Below are positions 1 to 10,528 of a stretch of 64,000 nucleotides of DNA, piece by piece (the stretch's first letter is position 1; each line of letters opens with the position of its first letter). This DNA comes from an uncultured Fidelibacterota bacterium. Its GTDB lineage: Bacteria > Fidelibacterota > Marinisomatia > Marinisomatales > UBA1611. The stretch lies in assembly GCA_913040915.1 (NCBI GenBank), contig CAJWHW010000008.1, positions 1,340 through 65,339 of the forward strand, read 5' to 3'. The position numbers were made by a program, and so were the translations under genes. Below the pieces are notes generated by a model. It did not search any database. It had not been told where the DNA came from and worked only from the letters and a program-made list of their open reading frames with translations.

Positions 1-1151
1 CCTCCTACGATTGAAGGGATCTGTTTTGCAAATTGGTCCAATATAGTTCCAAAGGCTTTTCGTGTTGCTAGAGAATTCCCTGATTCAAATTCCGGAAAGT
101 CTAGATCGGGTATTGTATTTTCTATTGCAGTTTTCCAGAAAAATTTTAATTCACCAATTTTTAGACACTCCTCCTTATTTTGACTCCAATCATCTACAGA
201 TTTTTGAAGTGATTTATAGTCTGCTTGAAAATAATCAATTACCTCTTTAGGACAATAAAATGAATCCCTCGGCAAACCTAATCGATCTTTGGTTGCATCA
301 ATTTCTTCTTGTGGAAGCGGTGCACCATGGGTATTGGGGTCTCCTTCTCTAGTAGCCGTACCATGGGCAATAATAGTTTTTCCGATAATAATACTAGGTT
401 TATCTACTGTTTGCGCTTTTTCAATGGCATTCCTTAGATCATTGTGGGAGTGACCGTCAATTTCCTGAACATGCCAACCAAATCCATCAAAAACAGTGGC
501 GTAATTTGTGGAATCAGAACGACTGGTATTGCCTGAGATTTGAGCTTCATTAGCATCATAAAAAACAATTAATCGTGACAAACTCAAATGGCCAGCCAGA
601 GATGCTGCACCTAACGCAACGGGCTCCTGCAAATCTCCATCGCTGGCTAAAATATATGTAAAGTGGTCTACCAATCCGTCAGCATTTACTGATATATTTT
701 TCATTTTATGGCGTAAAAAGGATTCTGCAAATGCCATTCCCAAACCCATTGCAAATCCTTGCCCAAGTGGACCGGTTGTGCAATCAATACCGGGAATTTC
801 TACTTCCGGATGTCCAGGAGTTTTACTGTGCAACTGGCGAAAATCCATCAAATCATCCATGCACATATATCCTTGAAAATGAAGCAAAGAATAAAGTAAC
901 ATGGACATATGCCCGCCAGATAAAATAAATCGATCTCGATTAAACCATTCTGGGTCTGTTGGATCATATTTGAGGAAATCCTTAAATAAAATAAAGGCAA
1001 AATCAGCGCAGGACATTGGTCCACCCGGGTGACCACTATTGGCCCTTCTAGTAGCATCCATAACCAAACCCTTGATAATAGAAATACTAAAATTATCTTT
1101 ATCTTGTTTCGACCAATTTTTAAAATTTTCTAAATCATGATAATTACTCAT
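1..1151 (-). CDS. tkt: Transketolase, N-terminal part (3' end runs off the window)
   Basis: Missing from the ORF track because its stop lies outside the window. Manual translation from the ATG at 1151 gives MSNYHDLENF...MDATRRANSGHPGGPMSCAD...WFNRDRFILSGGHMSMLLY, the transketolase signature. Later it reads TTGPLGQGFA and SDGDLQE (ThDP site). Lies directly downstream of rpe. Confidence 0.95.
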   Translation of the reverse strand, partial: MSNYHDLENFKNWSKQDKDNFSISIIKGLVMDATRRANSGHPGGPMSCADFAFILFKDFLKYDPTDPEWFNRDRFILSGGHMSMLLYSLLHFQGYMCMDDLMDFRQLHSKTPGHPEVEIPGIDCTTGPLGQGFAMGLGMAFAESFLRHKMKNISVNADGLVDHFTYILASDGDLQEPVALGAASLAGHLSLSRLIVFYDANEAQISGNTSRSDSTNYATVFDGFGWHVQEIDGHSHNDLRNAIEKAQTVDKPSIIIGKTIIAHGTATREGDPNTHGAPLPQEEIDATKDRLGLPRDSFYCPKEVIDYFQADYKSLQKSVDDWSQNKEECLKIGELKFFWKTAIENTIPDLDFPEFESGNSLATRKAFGTILDQFAKQIPSIVG

Positions 1152-1154
1152 ATG

Positions 1155-1820
1155 CTAAACCTCAATCTGATAAAATTTTTTTATGATTTGTACTGGATCT
1201 TCATTACTAAACACTTCTGAGCCTGCCACTAATATGTCTGCACCATCTTTTATTATTTCGGCTGCATTGTGTAGTTTGACGCCGCCATCAACTTCAATAA
1301 GAACATGATCCAAATAATTCTCATTTAAATAATTTTTTATTGCAGAGATACGCTCATTTGAGCCTGACAAATATGCTTGTCTACCAAATCCCGGTTCAAC
1401 TGTCATTACCAGTATAATATCCACTTTATCCAACAATGGGAATACTAAATCCAGTGGTGTTTTCGGCTTTAAAGAAATACCAACCTTACAACCAGTAGAC
1501 CGTATTAGATCTATGACACTTAAGGGATCATCGGTTGCTTCTATATGAAAAGTAATATTGTCCGCACCTGCTCTGGCAAAAGGTTTTACCAGTTTTTCCG
1601 GTTTAATCACCATCATATGTACATCGATAAATTTTTCGGTTTTTGAACGAAGTGATTTTACCACAGGCGGACCAATCGTGAGGTTGGGTACAAACTGATT
1701 ATCCATCACATCCACATGTATCCAATGCGCACCTCCATCACTACAAATCTGTAAAGCTGACTGCAGGTTAGAAAAATCTGCTGATAGAATTGATGGAGCT
1801 AATTTAAAATTTCGAGCCAT
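1155..1820 (-). CDS. rpe: Ribulose-phosphate 3-epimerase
   Basis: Motifs LAPSILSADF, IHVDVMD..FVPNLT, DVHMM, VMTVEPGFG, EVDGG. Confidence 0.97.
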   Translation of the reverse strand: MARNFKLAPSILSADFSNLQSALQICSDGGAHWIHVDVMDNQFVPNLTIGPPVVKSLRSKTEKFIDVHMMVIKPEKLVKPFARAGADNITFHIEATDDPLSVIDLIRSTGCKVGISLKPKTPLDLVFPLLDKVDIILVMTVEPGFGRQAYLSGSNERISAIKNYLNENYLDHVLIEVDGGVKLHNAAEIIKDGADILVAGSEVFSNEDPVQIIKKFYQIEV

Positions 1821-1879
1821 ATTTAAAGTAAGAAATTATAAAAAAGAAATAGATTTGAAATCAGTAATTAGGAAAAGAA

Positions 1880-2287
1880 TCAAGAATTTGGATAAATAAA
1901 TTCTACAACCTCATTCAAGTTTTCTGATAGACTCCCGCTAACTGGACATGCATGGGCTGCCCGTTTTAGTTTTATTTGATCTTTTTCTTTAATGGGATTT
2001 GGAAAGATGATCTTAATTCGAATTTCTCCTATACGCCTAGGATCACTTGACATAATTTTTTCTACATCTGCTGTGATTCCATCTATATCAATGGCATCTC
2101 TCATCGCAACAATTCCCATAATAGTGATCATACAGGAAGCCAATGCTGTTGCTACTAAATCTGTTGGCGAAAATGCTTCCCCCTTGCCCTGATTATCCAC
2201 AGGTGCATCAGTTACAATTACATTTCCAGACTGTAGATGAGTGGCTTCTGTCCTCAAATTACCAAGATAAACTACTTTTGAAATCAT
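1880..2287 (-). CDS. OsmC family protein
   Basis: TDAPVDNQGKGEAFSPTDLVATALASC and a second Cys in ACPV; 135 aa. Confidence 0.9.
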   Translation of the reverse strand: MISKVVYLGNLRTEATHLQSGNVIVTDAPVDNQGKGEAFSPTDLVATALASCMITIMGIVAMRDAIDIDGITADVEKIMSSDPRRIGEIRIKIIFPNPIKEKDQIKLKRAAHACPVSGSLSENLNEVVEFIYPNS

Positions 2288-3471
2288 CCTGAAACTTCCC
2301 TAAAAACTCGTTTGAAATTATCTCCTAGAATTTTCTTAACCTCTCGCTCTGAAAACCCACGAGCCAGTAATCTTTCTGTTAAAAATGGGAGTTTATCTAT
2401 CGTCTCTATTCCTTTTGGTAAAATCTCCACACCATCCCAATCTGCCCCGATACCAACATGATCAATACCAATTAAATTAGCTATATATTCCATATGGTCA
2501 ATCACATCTTCAATATCTGGGACTATTGATTTTAAGTGTGGTTCTAGAAATTCATTTTCTTTATACCAGTAATGATCGGAGTCAGGATCATATATATTTG
2601 CCATAGAATCAAGATATGATTTGAATTTTTGTTTTATAGTTTCATATTTTTTTGAATAAGTCGAATCAATATAACCAGGGTAAAAATTAACGAATACAAC
2701 TCCTTTATTTTTTTTAATGGCAAATAATTGTTCATCTTTCAAATTCCTGTAATGAGGGCATAAGGTATAAACAGAAGAATGAGAAGCAATAATGGGTTTT
2801 TGTGTTGTTTTAATAATATCCCAAAAAGTTTGTTCACCGGCATGAGATACATCTATCATAATGCCTAATTCATTACATCGCTTTATTACTTTTTTCCCAA
2901 AATCAGTTAAACCGATAAATGTCAAGGAGTCACCTTTCTCAACCTCATCTTTTGCAGATGTGGCCCATTCGTTTGAGTTATTCCATGTAATCCCAAGATA
3001 GCGCATCCCTCTATCATATAATTTATCCAGTTTAGCCATATTATTTTCAATTGAATGACCGCCTTCAACTCCAATCATACAGGATAAAATTCCTTTTTGT
3101 TGATTATAAACTAAATCTTGATAATTCATTGGTATTGCCAATTTATCCGGCAAGCGTGAACATAAATATTCTAATTGTGAAATCATATCATTAGCGCGTC
3201 CAAAATATTCCCCTTCTTTGAATTCGAACGGTGAAACCCAAATAGAAAATACCTGGCAATCAATACCACCAGCTTGAATTTTTGGAAAATCAGAGTGACT
3301 TTCAGGTAGATTTGAAAGAATATCTCTACCAATCATGGAACGAAGTAAAACATCATTGTGGGTATCTACAATAAATGCTTTTTCATGCAGAGTTTGAGCA
3401 TCCTTTTGGCAGGAGAAGAATAGTAATACAGATAAAGCTAAAAATGTGATGTCATAAAGGTCTTTTTTCAT
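2284..3471 (-). CDS. Membrane (renal-type) dipeptidase, peptidase M19; probable lipoprotein
   Basis: Motifs DTHND, GVEGGH, IDVSH, IASHS, GIGADWDG. The N-terminal signal ends in FFSC. Confidence 0.92.
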   Translation of the reverse strand: MKKDLYDITFLALSVLLFFSCQKDAQTLHEKAFIVDTHNDVLLRSMIGRDILSNLPESHSDFPKIQAGGIDCQVFSIWVSPFEFKEGEYFGRANDMISQLEYLCSRLPDKLAIPMNYQDLVYNQQKGILSCMIGVEGGHSIENNMAKLDKLYDRGMRYLGITWNNSNEWATSAKDEVEKGDSLTFIGLTDFGKKVIKRCNELGIMIDVSHAGEQTFWDIIKTTQKPIIASHSSVYTLCPHYRNLKDEQLFAIKKNKGVVFVNFYPGYIDSTYSKKYETIKQKFKSYLDSMANIYDPDSDHYWYKENEFLEPHLKSIVPDIEDVIDHMEYIANLIGIDHVGIGADWDGVEILPKGIETIDKLPFLTERLLARGFSEREVKKILGDNFKRVFREVSG

Positions 3472-3552
3472 TGAATTAGTGATGTTGGGTTATGATTTTA
3501 GTAAAGTTCATCTTCTCAAACTTAATGGTGAGACTAAAGGCGAAATATGCTA

Positions 3553-3969
3553 TTACTTAACAATTGCAATGCACTTTAGTTGAATTGCAATGGGAGTGGG
3601 CAAAGATGTGATTTCCACAGTCGTCCTACAAGGTTGGTTCTCTTGAAAATATTCACAATAAACCTGATTATAAGTGTCGTAATCTCTTTGCAAATTTGTT
3701 AGAAATACTGTCACATCTACTAAATTTCTCCACGAACTTCCTGCTTCTTCTAAAATCATACGGACATTTTCAAAAACGGAATGGCACTGGGTTTCAATAT
3801 CATGACCCACAGCGTTGCCTTGTCCATCTACCAATACACCGGGGATAACCTTTGTACCATATTTTCTTGGTCCTACACCTGATAAAAACAATAAATTACC
3901 AACTCTTCGTGTATGTGGATACAATTGATCGGGTTCAAGTACTTTTTCCGTTTTTATTTTTTCCTTCAT
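3553..3969 (-). CDS. RidA/YjgF family deaminase, 2-aminomuconate deaminase-like
   Basis: YPHTRRVGNLLFLSGVGPR, DVTVFL, PCRTTVEITSLPTPIAIQLK. Start moved to the ATG at 3969, which gives an ATGA overlap with the upstream stop. Clustered with TDO. Confidence 0.85.
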   Translation of the reverse strand: MKEKIKTEKVLEPDQLYPHTRRVGNLLFLSGVGPRKYGTKVIPGVLVDGQGNAVGHDIETQCHSVFENVRMILEEAGSSWRNLVDVTVFLTNLQRDYDTYNQVYCEYFQENQPCRTTVEITSLPTPIAIQLKCIAIVK

Positions 3970-4325
3970 TTTTTTACTTCCCTCACTGCCGCCAAGTTTT
4001 TCCAAGTATCATGATCTGCAGATAGCCTGTCAACAACTCCATTATTTAATATACTTGTATTGAAAATTTCATCTACATCGTCAAGCTTAACTTGCGTATA
4101 CCAAATGTTATCAGGATAAATTACAACTGCAGCACCTAACTCACAGACATCTAAACATCCGGTTTTGTTTGCTCTAACTTTACCTTTCAATCCGTGTTGA
4201 TTAATTAGCTGGACAAATTTACCTCTTATATCCTTACCCCCACATCTTGCGCAATCTCCTTTGGGGTTTTCTGCATCTCTTTCATTGATACAAATAAGGA
4301 TGTGTTTTTCGTATTTAGGAGTCAT
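3966..4325 (-). CDS. Thioredoxin-like [2Fe-2S] ferredoxin
   Basis: HILICINER...GDC...TGCLDVCELG...VVIYPDNIWY, the Aquifex Fd4/NuoE-like Cys pattern. Confidence 0.9.
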   Translation of the reverse strand: MTPKYEKHILICINERDAENPKGDCARCGGKDIRGKFVQLINQHGLKGKVRANKTGCLDVCELGAAVVIYPDNIWYTQVKLDDVDEIFNTSILNNGVVDRLSADHDTWKNLAAVREVKK

Positions 4326-4337
4326 TTTTTTCCCTCA

Positions 4338-5126
4338 TCAAGTCCCGAAACGGCCACCATCAATAGACATATCATGCCCATTGATATAACTGGCTCCATC
4401 TGATGCTAGAAAAGCCACGGCAGAAGCAATCTCATTAGGTTTACCTAATCGTTTTAAAGAAGTATTTTTTGCCCACTCCTGTCGAATTACTTCGGATTTC
4501 ACTCCCCTGTTTTTCGCCTTTAATTCTGCTAAATCATGAAGTCGATTTGTAGCAGTATACCCCGGTAAAATATTATTAACTGTAATGCCATACTGGCCTA
4601 ATTCCAATGCAAGTGTTTTAGCCCATTGAGCTACAGCGCCCCGGACTGTATTAGATACACCTAGATCAGGAATTACCTGATTAACAGATATTGAAATAAT
4701 ATTAATAATCCTTCCAGAACCTTTTTCTTTCATTCCAGGGACTACAGCCTTGGTCATAATCTGATTACAGATTAATAATCGTTCAAAAGCAACTCTGAAT
4801 TCATTTTCTTCTGCATCAATTAATGGTCCGCCATGGGGGCCACCAGAATTATTGATTAAAATATCTGCTCCGTTTGCAATTTCCTTCATATGGTATTGAA
4901 TTTTTTCATTAAGTTTCTCCGGCTCATTGAAATCAGCGCAAAGTGTGTAATGGGTCTGCCCGTATCTTGTAGAAAGTTCAGTAAAGGTTTGATTCAGTTT
5001 ATCTTTGTTCCTCGCCACTAATGAAACTGAAGCACCTCTTTCTGCCATTAATAATGCACTGGCTTTCCCAATTCCATCCGTAGAACCGCAGATGACAGCA
5101 TGTTTGTTTTGTAATAAAAGATTCAT
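4338..5126 (-). CDS. Short-chain dehydrogenase/reductase
   Basis: GSTDGIG Rossmann motif, ILINNSGGP, ITVNNILPG, IDGG. Has SNTVR where the YxxxK motif usually sits (atypical SDR subgroup). Confidence 0.9.
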   Translation of the reverse strand: MNLLLQNKHAVICGSTDGIGKASALLMAERGASVSLVARNKDKLNQTFTELSTRYGQTHYTLCADFNEPEKLNEKIQYHMKEIANGADILINNSGGPHGGPLIDAEENEFRVAFERLLICNQIMTKAVVPGMKEKGSGRIINIISISVNQVIPDLGVSNTVRGAVAQWAKTLALELGQYGITVNNILPGYTATNRLHDLAELKAKNRGVKSEVIRQEWAKNTSLKRLGKPNEIASAVAFLASDGASYINGHDMSIDGGRFGT

Positions 5127-6211
5127 GAATTGAAGAAATATCCTAGATTTTTTTTAATTTTTTCCGGTAAAACTGGTAACGATGATCTTGGAATAAAAAA
5201 CGTTGAAAGGTCAGCTAATTCTGCAAATACCTTATGCCGGTCTGCTGTTTTTTCTAAATAAGTGTGTCCGGATGATCCGCCGGTACCAATTTTCACACCG
5301 ATAATACGACGCACCATCAAAGCATGTCTCTGCCGCCAGGTAGTGAATAATTCATCAATATCCATAAGTTTGGATAATAAATTAAATGGTGAGTGTAAAA
5401 TTGGTTCTTCTCTATAAAGGAAAATTAGCAATGCTGCCTGTGTAGCTTTATGAGATAAGCGTTTATTATTCTTTCCAATCAATTCATTATGTTTAATTGG
5501 ATCAATCATGGCTTCGAAAGAAAAAATAGCCTTTTCATGTTCTTTGAGATGATACTCAATTTCTTTTTGCGAATGATTTGGGTTACTGCGAATGGACTGC
5601 TCTTCCTTATACAACATGGTTCGAACAGACTCACTGTATTGCTCCCAAAAATTAAAACCTTCAAATAGCAGAAATGGTGTTCGCTCTAGCCAAATTTCCA
5701 ATAGCTCAAATAGAGATTTTTCATTTTCGGATTTAATAACGGGTTCTTTTTCACTTTCTAATAAGGGGTTTTTATAGTCCTGTTTTCCATAGTTTATCCT
5801 GTCCTTGACTAGCAAGCCCAACTTATTTTCCATAAGGCGAAACTGTGCACTTTGGAAACCCGATGATGGAAATAAATCATCCCTAAACTCCAGAAAATCC
5901 ATAGCGGTCATGGTTTCGAGGACACGGATCTGATCAATCAGAATTTTTTGTATTTCAGTAATGCGATCTAGACGTTTTACCGCTAGACTTACATCAGATT
6001 CTCTAACTTTTTTTTGTTTGAAGATTTCCAAAACGGAATCCAACTCAAATAGTACCTGTTTAAACCAAAGTTCATAAACCTGATGAATAATGATAAAAAG
6101 CATTTCATCATGTGTCGCTGAGCTTCGTTCAACACTTTTCAAAACCTGACTATTCAGAAGTTTATCTAGATTAAGGTAATCGCTGTAATTCAGTAGATTT
6201 TTATCAGACAT
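5123..6211 (-). CDS. kynA: Tryptophan 2,3-dioxygenase, long type (~362 aa)
   Basis: YSDYLNLDKLL, HDEMLFIIIHQVYELWFKQ, SSGFQSAQFR, WRQRH, GTGGSSG. Start moved to the ATG at 6211 to avoid overlapping the upstream gene. Confidence 0.95.
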   Translation of the reverse strand: MSDKNLLNYSDYLNLDKLLNSQVLKSVERSSATHDEMLFIIIHQVYELWFKQVLFELDSVLEIFKQKKVRESDVSLAVKRLDRITEIQKILIDQIRVLETMTAMDFLEFRDDLFPSSGFQSAQFRLMENKLGLLVKDRINYGKQDYKNPLLESEKEPVIKSENEKSLFELLEIWLERTPFLLFEGFNFWEQYSESVRTMLYKEEQSIRSNPNHSQKEIEYHLKEHEKAIFSFEAMIDPIKHNELIGKNNKRLSHKATQAALLIFLYREEPILHSPFNLLSKLMDIDELFTTWRQRHALMVRRIIGVKIGTGGSSGHTYLEKTADRHKVFAELADLSTFFIPRSSLPVLPEKIKKNLGYFFNS

Positions 6212-6215
6212 GATT

Positions 6216-6560
6216 TTAATCCCATTCAAACCCTGAAACGCTGTCGGATTTAGCACTGATTTCGATAGCATTATAATCCTGCATTTCAGAAATAAAGTAG
6301 TAAAGAAATTTTGTAGATTTAACATCATCTAGCCAAACTGAATCAGGAAGACCTAACGTTTCTAAAACTTCCTTTTCAGAAGGTTTATCCCTTAGGAAAT
6401 CCCAAATTTCATAGTCCGACATATATCCTCTAGAGTAAAGTGTCTCTTGCACCAGTTCTGGATTGGACTTTTTCGTTGGTGGTATTACAACCGGTTTTGG
6501 AGTAGGTGGAAGACCGCAGGAAATAAGTAATGTTATTATGAAGAAAAGGCGAGTGTCCAT
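6216..6560 (-). CDS. Hypothetical lipoprotein
   Basis: Signal peptide with an LISC lipobox followed by a Pro-rich linker. Co-oriented with and 4 bp upstream of TDO. Confidence 0.7.
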   Translation of the reverse strand: MDTRLFFIITLLISCGLPPTPKPVVIPPTKKSNPELVQETLYSRGYMSDYEIWDFLRDKPSEKEVLETLGLPDSVWLDDVKSTKFLYYFISEMQDYNAIEISAKSDSVSGFEWD

Positions 6561-6679
6561 CTATGGAAAATACCGAGAATAAAATTGTTTAACCAACATC
6601 AACTTTCCTATCTATTCTAGTTTTGTCTGAAAGAATTTTTGGATTACCTTCGATATTAAATAATAAAGGAAAAAGTTAG

Positions 6680-7492
6680 ATGTCAAAGATTATAGAAAAA
6701 GACCGTTTTTATTATAACCGTGACTTTTTAGGAAGTTCCCAAGGGCGTTCGATCAGAATATTATCTGAATATTATGGGCCACTCCAGAAATTGAAACGAA
6801 ATAAAATTGTGGACACCATTGTCTTTTTTGGATCTGCTAGGATACCATCTAAGAAAGAAGCAAGGGCAGCATTAGATAAAGTGCATCAAAATATTGATAC
6901 ACAAACCTTAAATAGACTCAAATCAGACTTGAAAATGAGTCAATATTATGAAGATGCCCGGGCTCTCGCAGGAAGGTTCACAAAATGGAGTAAAGGATTG
7001 AAGGGAACAAAACGACGATATATTATTTGCTCTGGCGGCGGCGGCGGAATAATGGAAGCTGCTAATCGCGGCGCTGCGGAAGCTGGTGGCACTAATGTGG
7101 GGTTAACCATTTCATTACCATTTGAATCTTCAACGAATAAATGGATCTCCAATGATTTAGATATGAAATTTCATTACTTTTTTATGCGTAAATTTTGGTT
7201 TCTTTACCTAGCTAAAGCTTTAATTGTTTGGCCAGGTGGTTTTGGAACTTTGGATGAGCTCATGGAATTATTAACCTTAATCCAAACCAAAAAAATTAAA
7301 AAGCGTTTACCCATTGTTTTGTATGGAAAGGAATTTTGGGAGAAATTAATAAACTGGGATTATCTGGTTGATATAGGCACAATTTCAAATGAAGATCTTG
7401 AATTATTTCACATTTCCAAAGATGTAAATGATGCTTATAATTACGTTACAACATTTATTGAAAAGCACCAATTAAAAGGACCCAATTTTTAA
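6680..7492 (+). CDS. LOG family protein (TIGR00730-like nucleotide phosphoribohydrolase)
   Basis: FFGSAR, SGGGGGIMEAANRGA, FHYFFMRK, PGGFGTLDE. Confidence 0.92.
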   Translation: MSKIIEKDRFYYNRDFLGSSQGRSIRILSEYYGPLQKLKRNKIVDTIVFFGSARIPSKKEARAALDKVHQNIDTQTLNRLKSDLKMSQYYEDARALAGRFTKWSKGLKGTKRRYIICSGGGGGIMEAANRGAAEAGGTNVGLTISLPFESSTNKWISNDLDMKFHYFFMRKFWFLYLAKALIVWPGGFGTLDELMELLTLIQTKKIKKRLPIVLYGKEFWEKLINWDYLVDIGTISNEDLELFHISKDVNDAYNYVTTFIEKHQLKGPNF

Positions 7493-10400
7493 ATGAAAAA
7501 TATTTTAATCTTTTTATCAGCCGTGTCATTATGCATACCGCAAACAGAGCCTGTAAAAGATATTCATTCAAATAAACCTCGGGTGTGGGCGCTAACTCAT
7601 GGCATGATTCACACTGAACCCGGAGATTATATTAAAGATGGTACGATTATCATCCGAAATGGAAAAATTGAGAAAGTTGGCCGGTACATCCAAATTCCAA
7701 GCGATGCCTATGAAATTGACCTAGATGGTGCTCAAGTTTATGCTGGGTTTATTGATGGTTGGTTAGAAATAAAAAAAGATGAAACTACAACAAGTCCCGA
7801 TGATCATTGGAATGATCGAATGCGCCCAGAATATCGAGCCAAAGATGATTTAAAACTCAAAGAAAAAGATTTAAAAGCACTCCATTCTATAGGCATTACA
7901 GCTGCTCATGTCGTTCCTGAAAAAGGAATATTTAAAGGAAAATCTGATCTAGTTATTCTAGATGAAAAATCCATTTCCGTCAGTAAAAACATAGCACAAA
8001 TTCTATCTTTCAAATCTGGTGGATGGGGGCAACCTTATCCCAACTCATTGTTGGGAATAATTGCCTTTATGAGACAATCTTTATTAGATGCAGAGTGGTA
8101 TGGAAAATCATCAGCCATTCTAAAAAAATATCCGGAAGAGAATGAATCAATTTCACTCAATCCAAGTTTAGCATCCTTAGAAGAGTTTCGTGTAAATCGT
8201 CTCCCAATGCTCTTTATGACAAAAGAAGAACATGGTGCGTTACGTGCACTCAAAATCACGAAAGAATTCAATTTGAACCCATGGATATTAGGCAGTGGGT
8301 ATGAATACAGGCGTTTGGCAGAAATAGCTGAGCATAAACCTTTTTTTATTTTTCCATTGGAGTTTCCTGCAAAGCCTAAGGTAACTGATCCTTATATTGC
8401 CTTACAGTACTCTACAGAACAATTAAAACATTGGGACATGGCACCAGATAACATTAAAAAGGTTTATGATGCAGGTATGCATTTTTCATTTACGTCCAGT
8501 CCACTAAAAAAGAAAACTGATTTTAGAACAAATCTCCAAAAAATAATTGATCGAGGACTACATCAAGATGTTGCTCTGGCTGCTCTCACAACATTTCCTG
8601 CTAAAGCAATGGGCGTAGAAAAAACATTGGGGAAAATACAGCCTGGTTATATTGCAAATCTTGTAATAACTGATGGAGACTATTTTGATCCAAAATCACG
8701 AATCATTTCTCTCTGGCTTTCTGGTAAAGAACATTATATAGCACCGAGATACAAAGTAAATGTTATGGGTAAATGGAGTATCACAATTGACAAAAAAATG
8801 TATAATTTGGAATTTTCCATCCCGAAACCGAAAAAGGGTGATATAGTTAGTAAAAGAAAACCATCATTTGGCGGAAGACTGATTGGAAGCATAGCTATTG
8901 GTGAAGAAAAAATTAAAATCCAGGGTCTTGATATTTATGAAACTTTTATCAGCTTTACCATAGATGGAAAGTCTATGGGTTTTAAAGGTACATTAGCATT
9001 TAATGGTGAATTAACTCAAGAAAATATAAATGGATCAGCTCACGACGGTTCCGGAAAAAGTTATCCATTTTCTGCTACCAGAGTAGAAAAGAAAGAATTA
9101 AAACCCAGAACCCCAGACATTCCCAGCAGTGCGTCTGTGTTTTTTCCAGAGGGTGCTTATGGATTATCACAAGAATTACTGTCACCGAATGCTGTTCTAA
9201 TTGATAATGCTACAATATGGACTTGTGGTCCAAAAGGTATTCTGGAAGATTGGGATATCCTGTTTATTGATGGAAAGATTGATAAAGTTTCACCAGATGT
9301 TTCCGTACCAAAAGGAAGTGCTCTTGTGATAGACGGAAGGGGTAAATATGTAACTCCAGGCCTGATTGATTGTCACAGTCATTCTGCTGCCTCATCAATA
9401 AATGAAGGAGCTCAAAATGTAACCGCGGAAGTCAGAATCCAAGATGTGCTCTATGCTGATGATATTAATGTGTATCGTCAATTAAGTGGCGGGCTCACAA
9501 CAGCCAATGTACTTCACGGCTCAGCAAATCCTATCGGTGGGCAGAATGCAGTTATAAAACTTAGGTGGGGTTCAGCACCGGAAGATCTGATTTTTAAAAA
9601 TGCTCCCCAAGGAATCAAATTTGCGCTGGGTGAAAATGTAAAACAAGCCAATTGGCCTGGGACACGTTACCCTCAGACCAGAATGGGTGTGGAACAAGTC
9701 ATACGAGATGCCTTCCGTGCTGCACAAGATTATCGACATAAACATAATACCTATAATCGAAATTCAAAAGCACAGCGAAAGAAAATTCCACCTCGTAAAG
9801 ATCTTGAATTAGAAGCATTAGCTGAAATCTTAGAAGGTACTAGATTACTTCATTGTCATTCCTATCGACAAGATGAAATTTTGATGTTGACCAGAATTGC
9901 AGAAGATTTTGGATTTACAATTGCCACATTTCAGCATGTGCTGGAAGGCTATAAAGTTGCAGAAAGATTGGCAGAGCATGGTGCGGGCGCATCCACGTTT
10001 TCTGATTGGTGGCAGTACAAATATGAAGTAATTGATGCAATACCCTATAATGGAACTTTGATGGCAAAAAATGATGTTCTTGTATCCTTTAATTCAGATG
10101 ATGATGAATTAGCAAGACGAATGAACACTGAAGCAGTGAAAGCAGTGAAATATGGCGGTTTGGATGAGATTGAAGCCTTCAAATTTGTCACTATCAACCC
10201 TGCAAGGCAGTTGGGAATTGATAAATGGGTAGGATCCCTTGAAGAAGGTAAAGATGCTGATTTTGTTATTTGGGACGGTCCACCTCTTTCTATTTATTCT
10301 CATGTAGAAGAAACTTGGATCGAAGGTGTACGCTACTTTTCAAAGGATGAAAATATAAAACTTGAAGAAAGAGATAATAGTTTGAGACAAAACTTAATTC

Positions 10401-10528
10401 AAAAAATATTGTCTTCAACAACCACTTCGACTGGAAAAGAAATGAAACCAAATGGTGCCGCACCAAAAATCCATCAACATAATTGTAATTTAACAGATGA
10501 TGAACTCATGGGCTGGGAGATACAATAA
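7493..10528 (+). CDS. Secreted two-domain amidohydrolase family protein
   Basis: Signal peptide and two amidohydrolase repeats. The C-terminal repeat has PGLIDCHSH, KFALGENVK, HCHSYR, NSDD and GSLEEGKDADFVIW. Confidence 0.88.
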   Translation: MKNILIFLSAVSLCIPQTEPVKDIHSNKPRVWALTHGMIHTEPGDYIKDGTIIIRNGKIEKVGRYIQIPSDAYEIDLDGAQVYAGFIDGWLEIKKDETTTSPDDHWNDRMRPEYRAKDDLKLKEKDLKALHSIGITAAHVVPEKGIFKGKSDLVILDEKSISVSKNIAQILSFKSGGWGQPYPNSLLGIIAFMRQSLLDAEWYGKSSAILKKYPEENESISLNPSLASLEEFRVNRLPMLFMTKEEHGALRALKITKEFNLNPWILGSGYEYRRLAEIAEHKPFFIFPLEFPAKPKVTDPYIALQYSTEQLKHWDMAPDNIKKVYDAGMHFSFTSSPLKKKTDFRTNLQKIIDRGLHQDVALAALTTFPAKAMGVEKTLGKIQPGYIANLVITDGDYFDPKSRIISLWLSGKEHYIAPRYKVNVMGKWSITIDKKMYNLEFSIPKPKKGDIVSKRKPSFGGRLIGSIAIGEEKIKIQGLDIYETFISFTIDGKSMGFKGTLAFNGELTQENINGSAHDGSGKSYPFSATRVEKKELKPRTPDIPSSASVFFPEGAYGLSQELLSPNAVLIDNATIWTCGPKGILEDWDILFIDGKIDKVSPDVSVPKGSALVIDGRGKYVTPGLIDCHSHSAASSINEGAQNVTAEVRIQDVLYADDINVYRQLSGGLTTANVLHGSANPIGGQNAVIKLRWGSAPEDLIFKNAPQGIKFALGENVKQANWPGTRYPQTRMGVEQVIRDAFRAAQDYRHKHNTYNRNSKAQRKKIPPRKDLELEALAEILEGTRLLHCHSYRQDEILMLTRIAEDFGFTIATFQHVLEGYKVAERLAEHGAGASTFSDWWQYKYEVIDAIPYNGTLMAKNDVLVSFNSDDDELARRMNTEAVKAVKYGGLDEIEAFKFVTINPARQLGIDKWVGSLEEGKDADFVIWDGPPLSIYSHVEETWIEGVRYFSKDENIKLEERDNSLRQNLIQKILSSTTTSTGKEMKPNGAAPKIHQHNCNLTDDELMGWEIQ

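Noticed and set aside
62-1057. Track ORFs 62-250, 731-928 and 848-1057
   Set aside because: They are shadow frames over the transketolase gene, which the track missed.
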